DNA of 64,000 bases, taken from the NCBI GenBank assembly GCA_907165135.1, contig OU015566.1:9424001-9488000 (forward strand), written 5' to 3'. The notes under the pieces were generated by a model. That model worked only from the letters and a program-made list of their open reading frames with translations, had not been told where the DNA came from and did not search any database. Below are positions 53,477 through 64,000 of this stretch, one piece after another; position 1 is the stretch's first letter, and every line of letters begins with the position of its first letter. This stretch comes from Oikopleura dioica (taxonomy: Eukaryota > Animalia > Chordata). Made by a program: the position numbers and the translations under genes.

Positions 53477-56400
53477 ATGGGAATGCTGCGGAGTATTCCC
53501 GAAAGATGTGCCAAGTATCCATATGAAGTTCTCGTCTTCTACCTCGTCATTCTCGTAAGTCATCAAATCCGATATAAGTAGCTCTGACGATTTCGATTCA
53601 GATCGGATTACTATCTCTTCCTCACTCAAAAGAAGCCCTCTTCCAACTTTCCTTCGACGAATCTGAGTTCCATTCCTTGATCATTGTCGCCAGATGTCTC
53701 GCCATTCTCCACACTTCTTATCAAATCAAGAAACTGCGCCTTTTTCATTCATTTTGGCTCGCCGCCGCGATGGCAATTTTCTCCCTCGTCATTTTCTCCA
53801 GTTTCGTCTTGCTCAGCAGCATGGTCGCTTCCTTCTTTCCCGACTCCAAAGTCCTCTCCTGGTCCACTTTGATCCCTCTCTGCGTTCTCGTTACAGAAAT
53901 GGACTTTCCACACGCCCTTCTTTTGACTTCTTCCGAATCCGTGGCGAACAAGGAGACGATTCCACAGTCTATCGCCAGCGCCACTTCACGCCTTGGATTA
54001 AAAGCAAGTTCTACCTCTTTGCTGGACATTTTCTGCCTTGGAAGCGTCATTTTATACAACAGATATGATCTTTCCTCCAGCGGGATGAATTTCGCCCTCG
54101 CTGTCAGCATCATCTGCGTCTTACTCCAAAATTTGATCTTCTTCACGCTCGTTCCTTCGTTGACGAGCTTGATTCTCTACTGGTTCCCTAGAGCTCCTCT
54201 CAAAGCGTTAACAGACGATGGCCACATTTGTCTGCTCACTCAGCGAGCTCTCAGTTCCCTCAAATTCGGCTCCGGCTTTGAAGTATCCATCCTCGTCACT
54301 TCCACCTTCGTCCTCGCGCAATCCAAGAAGGTCTTTGGCCTCGTTCTCCGCCAATTCTGCCCATTTTACCTGCTCGACTTTCTGCGGCGAAATGTGTCGC
54401 CATTTTGGCCCAGCCGTATTTCGTTCTCCGAGACTGGCATTTGGACCTTCCTTTCCGTCTCGAGTAAGTGTTTTTCAATATGACTCACTGGGATACACTC
54501 ACTAAAGTTGAGCATCATTTTCGTGATCTTAACAAGTAGTTTATTTTTTCTATAAAGAACGTTTTCTGATAAGACCCAAAATATCCGACTTATTATAGAT
54601 GAGAAGTAAGAAGAATCAAAGAGAAAAATTACCAAATAATAAATATTTTTTAGTTTTCCGATACTTGATCCTGGACAATGTCCGACGATCCCGAGCTCGT
54701 CATCTTTCTTCTTCCGACAAGCCGCTGAAGAACTCCTCCGCCCGAGTTCGCCGCCAGAGCGATTCTTTCTACGATTTTGATTCGAACGAAGAAATCAGAG
54801 ATTTAGAAGAAATGAAGCAGCTTCTTTCGGAGAAAAAGTGCGATCTGATGAATAATTCTGAGATTTTATTCCTTCTCAAGCTCGGTTTAATCCGGCCCTA
54901 TGCTTTGGAAAAGATTCTGCAAGATGCAACGCGAGGTGTCGTTATTCGTCGAAGGTTCTTGGGCGAAGAGAAGTTCAGGTCGTTGCCATATCAGAATTAC
55001 GACTTCGAAATTGCGGCGAAAGCGTGCTGTGAGAATATTGTCGGATACGTGCCCATTCCGCTGGGAGTTGTTGGTCCAATTTTGGTCGATGGACGAGAAT
55101 GCAGTCCGCTTTTGGCAACGACAGAGGGCGCCTTGCTTGCGTCCGTGAATAGAGGATGTAAAGTTATCAAGATCTCTGGCGGCGCAAAAACGTCAATCTT
55201 TAGGTTAGTATTTTTGTCCTACTCCTCTTTTTATGTTTCTCAAAAGGGATGAGATGTCCCGAGCTCCGTGTGTATCCTTCCCTTCCACTGCAGCCGCCCT
55301 GGATTGCTTCCAATGGCTCGAGGACCCATATAATTTCACGATTATCAAAGACGCCTTCGAAACGACAACTCGTTTTGGGAAATTGCTGAAAGTAACGCCC
55401 TATCCGGCGGGTCGCCTCCTTTTCCTTAGATTTTCAGCGTCTACTGGAGATGCTATGGGAATGAATATGGTATCTAAAGGTAGATACAGAGCAGTTATCA
55501 ACAGTTGAAAAAGTTTTCAGGAACTAACAAAGCGGTGGATACGTTACTTGGACTTTTCCCAAGCGCAAAACTGGAGTCGATTTCGGGAAATGCGTGTACC
55601 GATCAGGGTTCGGTAATTTGAGCTCACGCTAAAACTCAAGGAAACAAAGCTTGAGACTCACGTTTTTAAATTTGAGTTTTGAGAACTCAGAGATGAGAGC
55701 TCACGTGAGAAATCAATTCTGGCGATCCATGAGCCAATCAAGGAAGCGCTCGCTTAATTTGAGTTTTGAAAACTCAAAACTCTCAAATATCCCAAAAACT
55801 CAAAACTCCCAAAACTCTCAAATCTTCTCAAAATGATTTCTCAAGTCACTTTGAGTTCTCAATTTGAGGAAATTTGAGCGTCTAGCCAAAATGAGTTTTA
55901 GCTTGAGCTCAAATTACCGAACCCTGGTACCGATAAAAAACCATCAGGTAAACCGCGAATTTAACCATCCACTTGGCCTCTGAGTCAATGAAAGAAAATA
56001 AATTGTCAAGTCAAGACTTACAAGTCTTCTTCAAATATATACAATTTTTTCAGCGATGAACTGGATCAACGGCCGTGGAAAAACGATAATCGCGGAAGTT
56101 TCGATTCCAGAAAAAGTCTTAGTTGCTAATTTCAAGTGTACAGCGAAGCAGCTGGCTGACCTGAACGTCAGAAAGAACCTGATAGGGTCAAACGTTGCGG
56201 GTTCCATCGGCGGATTCAACGCGCACGCAGCCAACATTGTGGCGGCTTGCTTCATCGCATCTGGCCAAGATGCCGCACAAGTTGTTGAGGGATCGCAGAC
56301 GATGACGTTATTCGAAGAACGGGTCATTGATTCAGGGAATGGGTTGATTTCACTTGAATAATAGTTTCAATAGTCAGTTAGAAAGTAGAAAGTAGAATTA

Positions 56401-57368
56401 TTTCAATTATATTTTCTTTTAATTTGATTATTGTTTGTTTCATTTAATAAGTTTCTTCATAAAATTATTCGTTTGATAATGAAAATCAACCTCTCGATAA
56501 GAAACCTATCTCCACGCATCTGTAACGATGCCATCACTAGAAGTAGCGGCGATGGGCGGTGGAACCAACCTTGAACCCCAGAAATCCATCCTGTCATCAA
56601 TGATTGGATCAGACTGCGTAGAGCCAGGAGACAAATCGAGACGGTTGGCAAGTGTGATTGCTTCGACAGTTCTCGCTGGAGAGCTGAGTTTGATGAGCTC
56701 GCTAGTGAAAGGACAAGTTCGCGATTTTTTTGTTATTTAGGAATCGGTGGATTTAAGGGACCCTCCCATTAGATACGCGAGGAAACGTGGGCTTAGGCCA
56801 AGAGCGGGAACCGATTTCAGATTTCAGATAAAAATATGCAAACTTTGCTGTCCTTTGAAAAAAGTTTACCGGCGCAGAATTGAACGCTTGTGTTTACATG
56901 ACCACCGTCAAGTTAACTAGACAGTACTTATTTTGTTTTTACGTGGGGAAGTAATTTTCTTATCAAATTTGTCATCAATGATAGGTTGGATATCGTCGAC
57001 CATGAATTTCAGATGATCTCCAAGCTAGGCTTACTTAGTTAGCTACGCATAAAGTGAATCAAAATCGACTATTATCGACAAGAGTGTATTGCAACGTCTC
57101 GGTTTTTAGTTTTGTAGACTCAAAGAGCATGCGGCATGCCTAATGATGGTCTTAGTACCGAAACGTTACAGTAAACTCTTGTCTACAATTATCTCCAGTG
57201 TCATTTAACGATTAATTCAAATAGTAGACAATCAATGCTAGTATTTAAGTAAAAATTAACATACAATTCTTGAACTTCAAAAAAGGCGATTTAGTCGAAA
57301 GCCATATGAAACTGAACCGAGTCCAAAAAGCAGCTCCTGTTGCCAAAGAAGAACATAAAATTCTGTGA
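53477..57368 (+). CDS. HMGCR: HMG-CoA reductase (membrane/sterol-sensing region plus catalytic domain), interrupted by a MITE in an exon
   Basis: ACCENIVGYVPIPLGVVGP, LATTEGALLASVNRG, TGDAMGMNMVSKG, SGNACTD[MITE]KKPSAMNWINGRGK, GGFNAHAAN, GQDAAQ, LAGELSL..LVESHMKLNR. Confidence 0.97.
55604..55926. mobile_element. MITE (hAT-like), CAGGG termini, 8-bp TSD, inside HMGCR catalytic exon
   Basis: 35-bp TIR CAGGGTTCGGTAATTTGAGCTCA(C/A)GCTAAAACTCA; TSD GTACCGAT at 55596-55603 and 55927-55934; internal AAACTCA/TGAGTTT repeats. Confidence 0.96.
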
Positions 57369-57693
57369 GCGATTCTTTATTGATACTAGACTATTACTAT
57401 CTATGTACTACTTTGTGTGATGCACTTTTATATTCTATCCAGTTTGCAATTAGCTTTTTCAAATTTTTCTTACTACTATTCATCCTACATAACCAACTTT
57501 TGTGTTACTGTACCTGATCCTACTTCACAAAATATACAGAAAAGACTTCATTTTTACTCCTGCCAATGATCGAGAATTTTAAATATTTTTTTTCTGTTTT
57601 ATTAGGTTTTTGTCATGCTAGATTCATGAGAACTTACGTACAGCGGTGATTTTACAGAAAGGGGAACAAATTGAAATGGAGAGTAAAAGATTC

Positions 57694-58205
57694 TTAACAA
57701 CCTAGTCGGCTGGCGTAAAAAGCCTGGACTTTTCGTGCTCGTCGGATGATTTGACGGTAGGTTTTGCCTCGTCCCTGGCAGGCAAAGTTTCGGGCCCAGC
57801 TGGAGAGAGCAGAGTTGACCTGGCCATTGAGCTTGCAAGCGTTGTCTTCAGTGAAGACTCGGGAATCCTCCAACTCAGCGGCTAATAATTAAAAATTAGT
57901 AAATGAAAGTTCTGATTTTCTTACTTTCTTCGAGGATGTTAGTAGACTTGCAATTCACCCCTGTGAAGGAACTGGAAGCCAAATCGAAAAGTTTGGTCAT
58001 TCGGGAATCGAATCGAGCAGCGAAGTTGCTACCATCGGCTGGAGTCAAGGATTTGAGGGTCTAAGAATATGTTAAAATTAGCTATAAAATATAGTTTGTT
58101 TACCTCGAAATGGCCCTTGATGAGTTCAAGTCGAGCCTCGGCGTTGTCAGCGTCGAGTTCTCGGGCAGCGGCGGCGGCAAAAACGGTGACAAAGGAGAGC
58201 TTCAT
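57694..58205 (-). CDS. Small secreted orphan protein with 4 Cys (3 exons)
   Basis: MKLSFVTVFAAAAA signal peptide; GT-AG introns keep frame; ends ..WARNFACQGRGKTYRQIIRRARKVQAFYASRLGC*. Confidence 0.75.
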
Positions 58206-59684
58206 TTTTTAAAGTTGTTGTTTTGAGCGTTGTCGGTTGAGCTGGTCGACTCGTTGTTGAGTTGTGTTTGATGATTTGACTACAGTTGAGCGGGGCTTAA
58301 ATAGCGCAAAAACGCCGCGCTCTAGCGCTACCGGAGCGCCGCTGATAATTACGCTCTCACGAAATTACGTGCGAAAATGCGATGGTCAGGCGACTTTTTC
58401 TTGATAGCTTATCAATAACGAATGATGGAATGTAAAACTATTTATCCTGGGTCTTTCTTTATCTGAATTCTATCATAGACACTTGACTTTCCGTTAGAGA
58501 GCATACGAATTAGAGATAAAGAAGTAATTATGCAGTATTAATTCAAATTCAAATTGATAGATCATCATTTTTGTGCGATGATTTGCAAAATGAAGAATTT
58601 AGAATCTACGGTGTGAGAAACTTAATTTGACAACTTGTCAAATTGAGGCTTGAAACTCTCGACCGTGATGTTCGACCTTCATAGAACACGCGTTTATAGA
58701 AACTCTTCCCTTATGTTTTACTACAAAGCGAGGCACGTTTTCAACCCCGCGAATAGCTCAAAAAATTAGTCTCTGTTCTTATTTGATCCTGTAATCCGGA
58801 TCTCTTATGAATTGGGATAATATTTACGGATCTAATTTAACATGCGCGAAGGATTTTTACATCAGTCAATTATATTATAAAGTTCTCATTTGATTTTACG
58901 GTTTTTTTGTAAAAGGTTATGTTTTTACATGTTTTATTATTAAATTACTGAAGATACTTTTTGAAGGCTTTTGCTACAAATTGACGATAATAAGATCGAT
59001 TTAAAACTCGTGTTAGAAATCCAAGAATTTGAAATGTAGATCAGAGTAATCATTCCCAAAATTGCTGGCAATAGAATCCTCGAGTCGTCATGAATCCGAT
59101 TCTGTGATTTCTGACCGCTACCTACATTTTAATGCTATCATTGCGACAGGTTTGAGTGGCGATAACAATCCGGTCTGGGCTATTTTCACGCGGCAATCGC
59201 GAAATTAGCGCACCTATCATCTTCTCCAATTTAAAAATTATGAAATTTTTGATTTTCGCTTTCTAAAGGGTTTCGGTAAGAATGTTGTATATTTGCGTTT
59301 AAGTCATACGGGTTCGTTTTAGATGAGCTGAAAGCGAATCTTATTTAATGAGATTTTAAAAACTAGCATGAAAAGGGTGGTTATCTACGTGAAGCGGCTG
59401 TGGAAATGGCGGAAACGTGATAACCTTTTGGTGAAAACTGACAAGTGTTGAAATATGGAGACATACGGAATCGAGTTAAGAAGATAAGGAGTCCAGAATG
59501 TGTTTTGGCGAATTGGGATGAACGGTTGATCTTCGCGTTAAAGTCGTGGCCTAGCTTGTACGTTAAATCATCTTAATTCGCCACCTTGGGGATGATGATT
59601 TCAGATGGGGATTATTCTATTATTTTACAGCCTACCCGTAGATGAACGTTTAATGCGCTGTTATTTGAGTGAAGTCTGTTCAGA

Positions 59685-62600
59685 ATGAGATTTTCTCGTA
59701 TTTTGCGAGATCCGGTGAAATTCCAGCGGGCGGAAAATGTCGGAATCGTCACTTTAAACCGTCCAAAAGCGCTGAATGCTTTGAATCATCCCATCGTGAA
59801 GATGATGAGGCCGCAGGTAAATTGTTTATTTTTGTTCATATTCCATGCTATTTTAAAGCTCAAAGAATGGGAAGAAAGTGGAATCGACCGAGTCATTCTC
59901 AAAGCCGAAGGCGGAAAAGCATTTTGCGCGGGAGGTAAGGTGGGATTTCTTTCATTTTGTTAACATGGCTCCGTTAAACGTTTTCGCGGTTTTCATCCAA
60001 GGATATAAATCCGGCGAAGTTCACCTTGCAGTTGCAGCCAAAACATGATCACGTTTCTTCTTTCTGAAGAAAAAACACCCTAGCCGGAAAATCTCGTTTA
60101 TGCGGATTCTTCTGTGTTTTAAAAAAATGAAAAAGTTATTTACACTAAAGAATGTTTCAAATTCTAAGATTAAAGATCTAAGAAACCCTACATTCTTTTA
60201 AATTAACTAGTAAGGGCCTTTCAAGAGCCATTAAAGCGAAAATTAGATTATAAAATTTTGAAATAACTAAAATTATAGGCGATATAAAAGATCTGACGCT
60301 TCCAACTTACGACGGTGACTACGATTCCGGCGCAAATTTCTTCCGCGAAGAATACCAACTTGACTATCAATTAGGAACGTATTCCAAGCCAGTAATCTCT
60401 CTCATCCATGGAGTGGTCATGGGCGGCGGCGTCGGCATTTCTTGCCATACGCCGATTCGAGTTGCAACCGAAAAGACCCTCTTTGCCATGCCGGAGACTG
60501 GTATTGGTCTGTTCTAGGGTCGGACTTCCTTCCTTAATTTTTTGCTTACTAAGGGTCCTTCCCTTAGTAAGGTAAGGATTTTTTCCTTACCCTTTTTCGG
60601 ATTTCGGCTGAAAAAAATCCTTACCATAGTTCCTTTCTGAGTTTTCAGAGATCCTTAGTAAGGATCTTCAATCCTTAGCGATTTTTCCTTAATTCCTTTC
60701 CTTACTAAGGATTTTAAAAAGGATTTTTTCGACGGCCTACGCATTTGGAGAGCGCTTTTATTAAAAACCCTTTTCAAAAGCCTTAGTAAGGAAAGGAATT
60801 AAGGACGAGTTGTGAAGGAATTTAGGAAAAATGTCTCTTGCCAACTTACTGACTGCAAAAAATACCCAATTGTTCGAAATAAAGGGTCGTTGACTTAAAT
60901 AAATGCTATTTTCATCAATAAGAACATTTTTGCGAATCGTACCTTATCAAATCCAGGGGTGACCATTCGGGCAAGAAATCGTCGGTTGGCCGTCCGAGTG
61001 CCCGGCCGAAATCAAGGGTCAAGAGTCGAGCCGTCCGAATGCCCGGCCGAGCCGAGGTGCCCGAATTGCCCGAAGTTGCCCGAAACGCCCGGTCGGGCAA
61101 GTGGCCGAAGTGCCCGAAATGCCCGAAAATGCCCGAAATGCCCGGTCGGGCAGGTAACCAAAGTGCCTCAAACGCCCAGATGAGCAATAATTTTCGATTT
61201 TTAAGTCAACAGAATCGGATTGATGATGGGATTTTCGATAGATAACGGCTAGAAAAATAAGTTTCGAGGGACTTTTGATTCAGCTAGAGGAGCAAGAGAG
61301 CAAAAATGGTTGTAAAGAAATTCTTCTTGCATTATGCAAAAATTGGCAAAATTAAGGAATTTTCCTCGACGCGGGCTTGCCCAACTGCCCGAAAGCGCCG
61401 AATTGCCCGAAAGTGCCCAATTTGCCCAAATGCCCGAAATGCCCGCTCTTGCCCGGCCTAATTTTAGGGGCTGAGCCGTCCGAATGCCCGGCCGAACGCA
61501 TTTTGCCCGAAAATTGCCCGAATGCCCGATGCCCGAATGGTCACCCCTGATCAAATCCTTACTAAGGTTACTAAGGCCTTAGTAAGGAAGGCCCTTAGTC
61601 CTTCCTTAGGCCTTTCTTGATTTTCATCAAAATCAAAACCCTTACCCTTAGTAACTAAGGAAACCTTAGTAAGGGGTCCCACCCTAGGGTCTGTTCCCAG
61701 ACGTCGGCGGTGGCTACTTTTTGCCGAGAATTCCAATTCCAGGATTGGGTCTCTTTCTGGGACTCACTGGACAAAGACTCAAGGAAAGAGTTGTCAATTT
61801 TGATAGAAGAACTATTTAACAGTAAATTCGACCGACACGTAATCTAATTTCAAGTACCGATCTAATTACAGTGAAAACCCATTTTAAGGCCCACCCTTTT
61901 AAGGCCACTTTTTCGGAAAGTCTCCAAAATCTGTCATCCTAAAAAAGTCCACTTTAAGGCCACTTTCTTTTATTTTTTTTTCAAAATCCGAAAGTAACAG
62001 TTTCGCTTGTAAAAGCAAATTATCTTCGACTGTGTCTTCGGCCATTTTGAAGTCGATGGCTTTTCAGTGTCGGCATTGTCTGTCACTTGAACTTAAGGCA
62101 CTTCTTTAATCTCCATCGGAGTCCCAGGACGTGTTTCATCAATTTGAAGCGCCAGAAAATGCTCGACCAATTCTTCCTCTTGTTTGTCCAGAACATTTTC
62201 TGCAACATCGAAATCTTCAAACTGCTCGATTTCTTCTCGAAAATAATCCTCTTGAAGTAGTCCTGTGTTGATCCATGATCGCTTGAAGATTGCTGGGTTC
62301 AAGTGCATGAAGATTTTGCCATGAAATAATCACCAAGAGTCCAATTTAAAGAACACATTTGGAATCATACTTGGTTCGGGCGAAAGAAACATGCGGTAGA
62401 CTGGGACCTTCCCCTATTAACCCTTATGATTCATTTTTGTTCCAAAAATATGGGAAAATTTGTTGTCATCCGACGAAAGGCAAAAAATATCCATTTTAAG
62501 GCCACTTTTGAAATTCGCTGTCATCCAAAAAGGGGCCTTAAAATGGGTTTTCACTGTATACTCTTGATGTTACGGCCTTCAACGTATAATTTACGGAAGC

Positions 62601-63353
62601 TCATTCAACGTGTTAGATTTTCTCCTCTCAGCAATTTTCAATTTCAAAAGATCAAAGCCTAACCAAAATCGAAAATGACTCAAGCTGCATTAGAACGTGA
62701 TAGCAAACATACAGTTAGACAGCCACAAATAACTCATTATAAGGGCGCAGATTGCCAGCACGGTCATGTTTCTACTCATACGATTTCATCAGACAAGCTC
62801 GAGCAGATTGAGAAGTACCTCATTTCTCTCCCGCAAAACTTGGTCGCTGAAGAAATTAGCGAAGCCATCCAAAAGTTTCAAGTTCCTATTGGCGACTTTT
62901 CGCTTGCCAGTCAATTGGACAACATCGCGAAGTACTTTGACGATCCAAAGAGCCTTTTGGAGCTTGTTCAAGAGTTAGAAAGCTCTAGTGGCGAGTGGGA
63001 ACAGAAAATCGCCAAGAAACTAAGATCCATGAGCCCAACAAGTCTTGCGATAACGTTCCAGCAAATTCAAGATGGAAAGAATATGAGTTTTTATGACGTT
63101 TTCGCGATGGAGTACAGACTCGGTAAGTTAAATCCCCCAATTAATATTAATTGAAAATTCGCTAAATTCAGCTTACCAATGTCTCCGCCATGAGTTCCCA
63201 GAAGGAGTACGAGCCCTACTCGTTGACCGAGATAATAACCCTAAATGGAATCCTGCCACAATTGAAGAAATCCCTGACTCGTTAATGCAGACCTTTTTCG
63301 AAGAAAAACCCAATGCATGGCACCCAACTAAGCCCTGGCAATCGAACCAATAA
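59685..63353 (+). CDS. HIBCH: 3-hydroxyisobutyryl-CoA hydrolase, mitochondrial; one exon interrupted by nested MITEs
   Basis: [48 protein letters not shown][MITE][23 protein letters not shown]|[26 protein letters not shown]. Confidence 0.97.
60514..61687. mobile_element. MITE (hAT-like), CTAGGG termini, 8-bp TSD, inside HIBCH coding exon
   Basis: Ends CTAGGGT / ACCCTAG; TSD GGTCTGTT at 60506-60513 and 61688-61695; subterminal CCTTACTAAGG/CCTTAGTAAGG repeats at both ends. Confidence 0.93.
60954..61549. mobile_element. MITE (hAT-like) nested inside the HIBCH element
   Basis: TIR CAGGGGTGACCATTCGGGCA / TGCCCGAATGGTCACCCCTG; TSD ATCAAATC at 60946-60953 and 61550-61557; TGCCCGAA repeats. Confidence 0.95.
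61869..62556 (-). mobile_element. Tc1/mariner-pogo-like deletion derivative with TA TSD in a HIBCH intron
   Basis: TA|CAGTGAAAACCCATTTTAAGGCCC ... GGGCCTTAAAATGGGTTTTCACTG|TA. Internal [19 protein letters not shown] resembles pogo-type transposase C-termini. Confidence 0.85.
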
Positions 63354-63464
63354 TTATTTATACATCGTGTGTTTTAATTCATATATGCCAATAAAGAAAC
63401 TATTCGATTAACATTGAAACAAGCGTATTTATTAAATTTGATTATGTACAGATATGATTTGAAA

Positions 63465-63889
63465 TTATTCATCTTTCGTCAGGGTCGTAAAAGTCGAGTT
63501 TCCTGGAAAAAATAACGATGTTGTGAAGAATTTGACAAATCAAAATATTCATTTATTGGCTCCAATTTTGGAGTAATCTCTTAGCAGGTTATATGCGTGA
63601 TTCTACGAAGCGATAAATAAAGAAAGTGCTTTCAGTTCCATTTTTGTTTACATACGGCTTCCACCGCCGCCCATTCCCTTCATCATTTCCATCGGAATTG
63701 GGAAAACGATTGTAGAATTCTTCTCAGCTGAGATTGTGGTCAAAGTCTGGAGATATCTAAACGAGGTTGCATCCATAAGTCAAGTAATAGAATTTACCGG
63801 AGCTGGAGTGCAGCGGGAGAGCTATTGATGACATCAGCGGCCTCTTTCAAGCTCTTTGAGGCATTCATTTCTCCCTCAGCAGCAATAAT
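63465..63889 (-). CDS. Stomatin/band-7 (SPFH) protein, 3' exons only (5' part beyond window)
   Basis: IIAAEGEMNASKSLKEAADVINSSPAALQL|RYLQTLTTISAEKNSTIVFPIPME. Confidence 0.92.
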
Positions 63890-64000
63890 CTAATAAGTTC
63901 ATTATAGACACGAATCGTCCTTTAAAAGTTCACGAACTTATTTTCGTGTCCGAGCAAATAAGATACTTGAAAACACGCGCAAATAATTCAATCGGAATGC

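Noticed and set aside
58624-58644. Palindrome AATTTGACAA-C-TTGTCAAATT
   Set aside because: Isolated short AT-rich palindrome with no supporting context.
60915-61554. ORFs with CPKCPK/GHFGHF repeats
   Set aside because: They arise from TGCCCGAA repeats inside the nested MITE.

Overview
Compact, intron-rich animal genomic DNA. It is most likely the larvacean tunicate Oikopleura dioica or a close relative, inferred from the ~35-50 nt introns, GA-AG/GG-AG non-canonical introns and operon-like gene runs with an AG acceptor just before each ATG. About 25 protein-coding genes were reconstructed by hand across introns: CCDC96, a DOMON/His-rich GPI-type protein, two trypsins, a tiny peptide-precursor-like gene, a BAG6-domain orphan, ATP5MC, an Ets1/2-like factor, an 8-gene minus-strand run (UBR5, ATP6V1D, GASZ-like SAM protein, orphan, CEP152, CUTC, SLC48A1/HRG1, orphan), NDC80, a YtcJ-like amidohydrolase, FAM107, TMEM185, a large repeated double-zinc-finger protein, RPL41, HMGCR, a secreted orphan, HIBCH and a stomatin. 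There are seven non-autonomous DNA transposons. The most striking signal is that three 8-bp-TSD (hAT-like) MITEs sit inside coding exons of otherwise intact genes (HIBCH, HMGCR, zinc-finger gene) and a fourth duplicates a splice donor in CEP152. The CTAG-ended HIBCH element plus one TSD copy forms a GG...AG unit whose removal restores the reading frame exactly. This suggests an introner-like route to the lineage's non-canonical introns, which needs RNA-seq to test. All gene identities are from recalled sequence similarity, not database searches.
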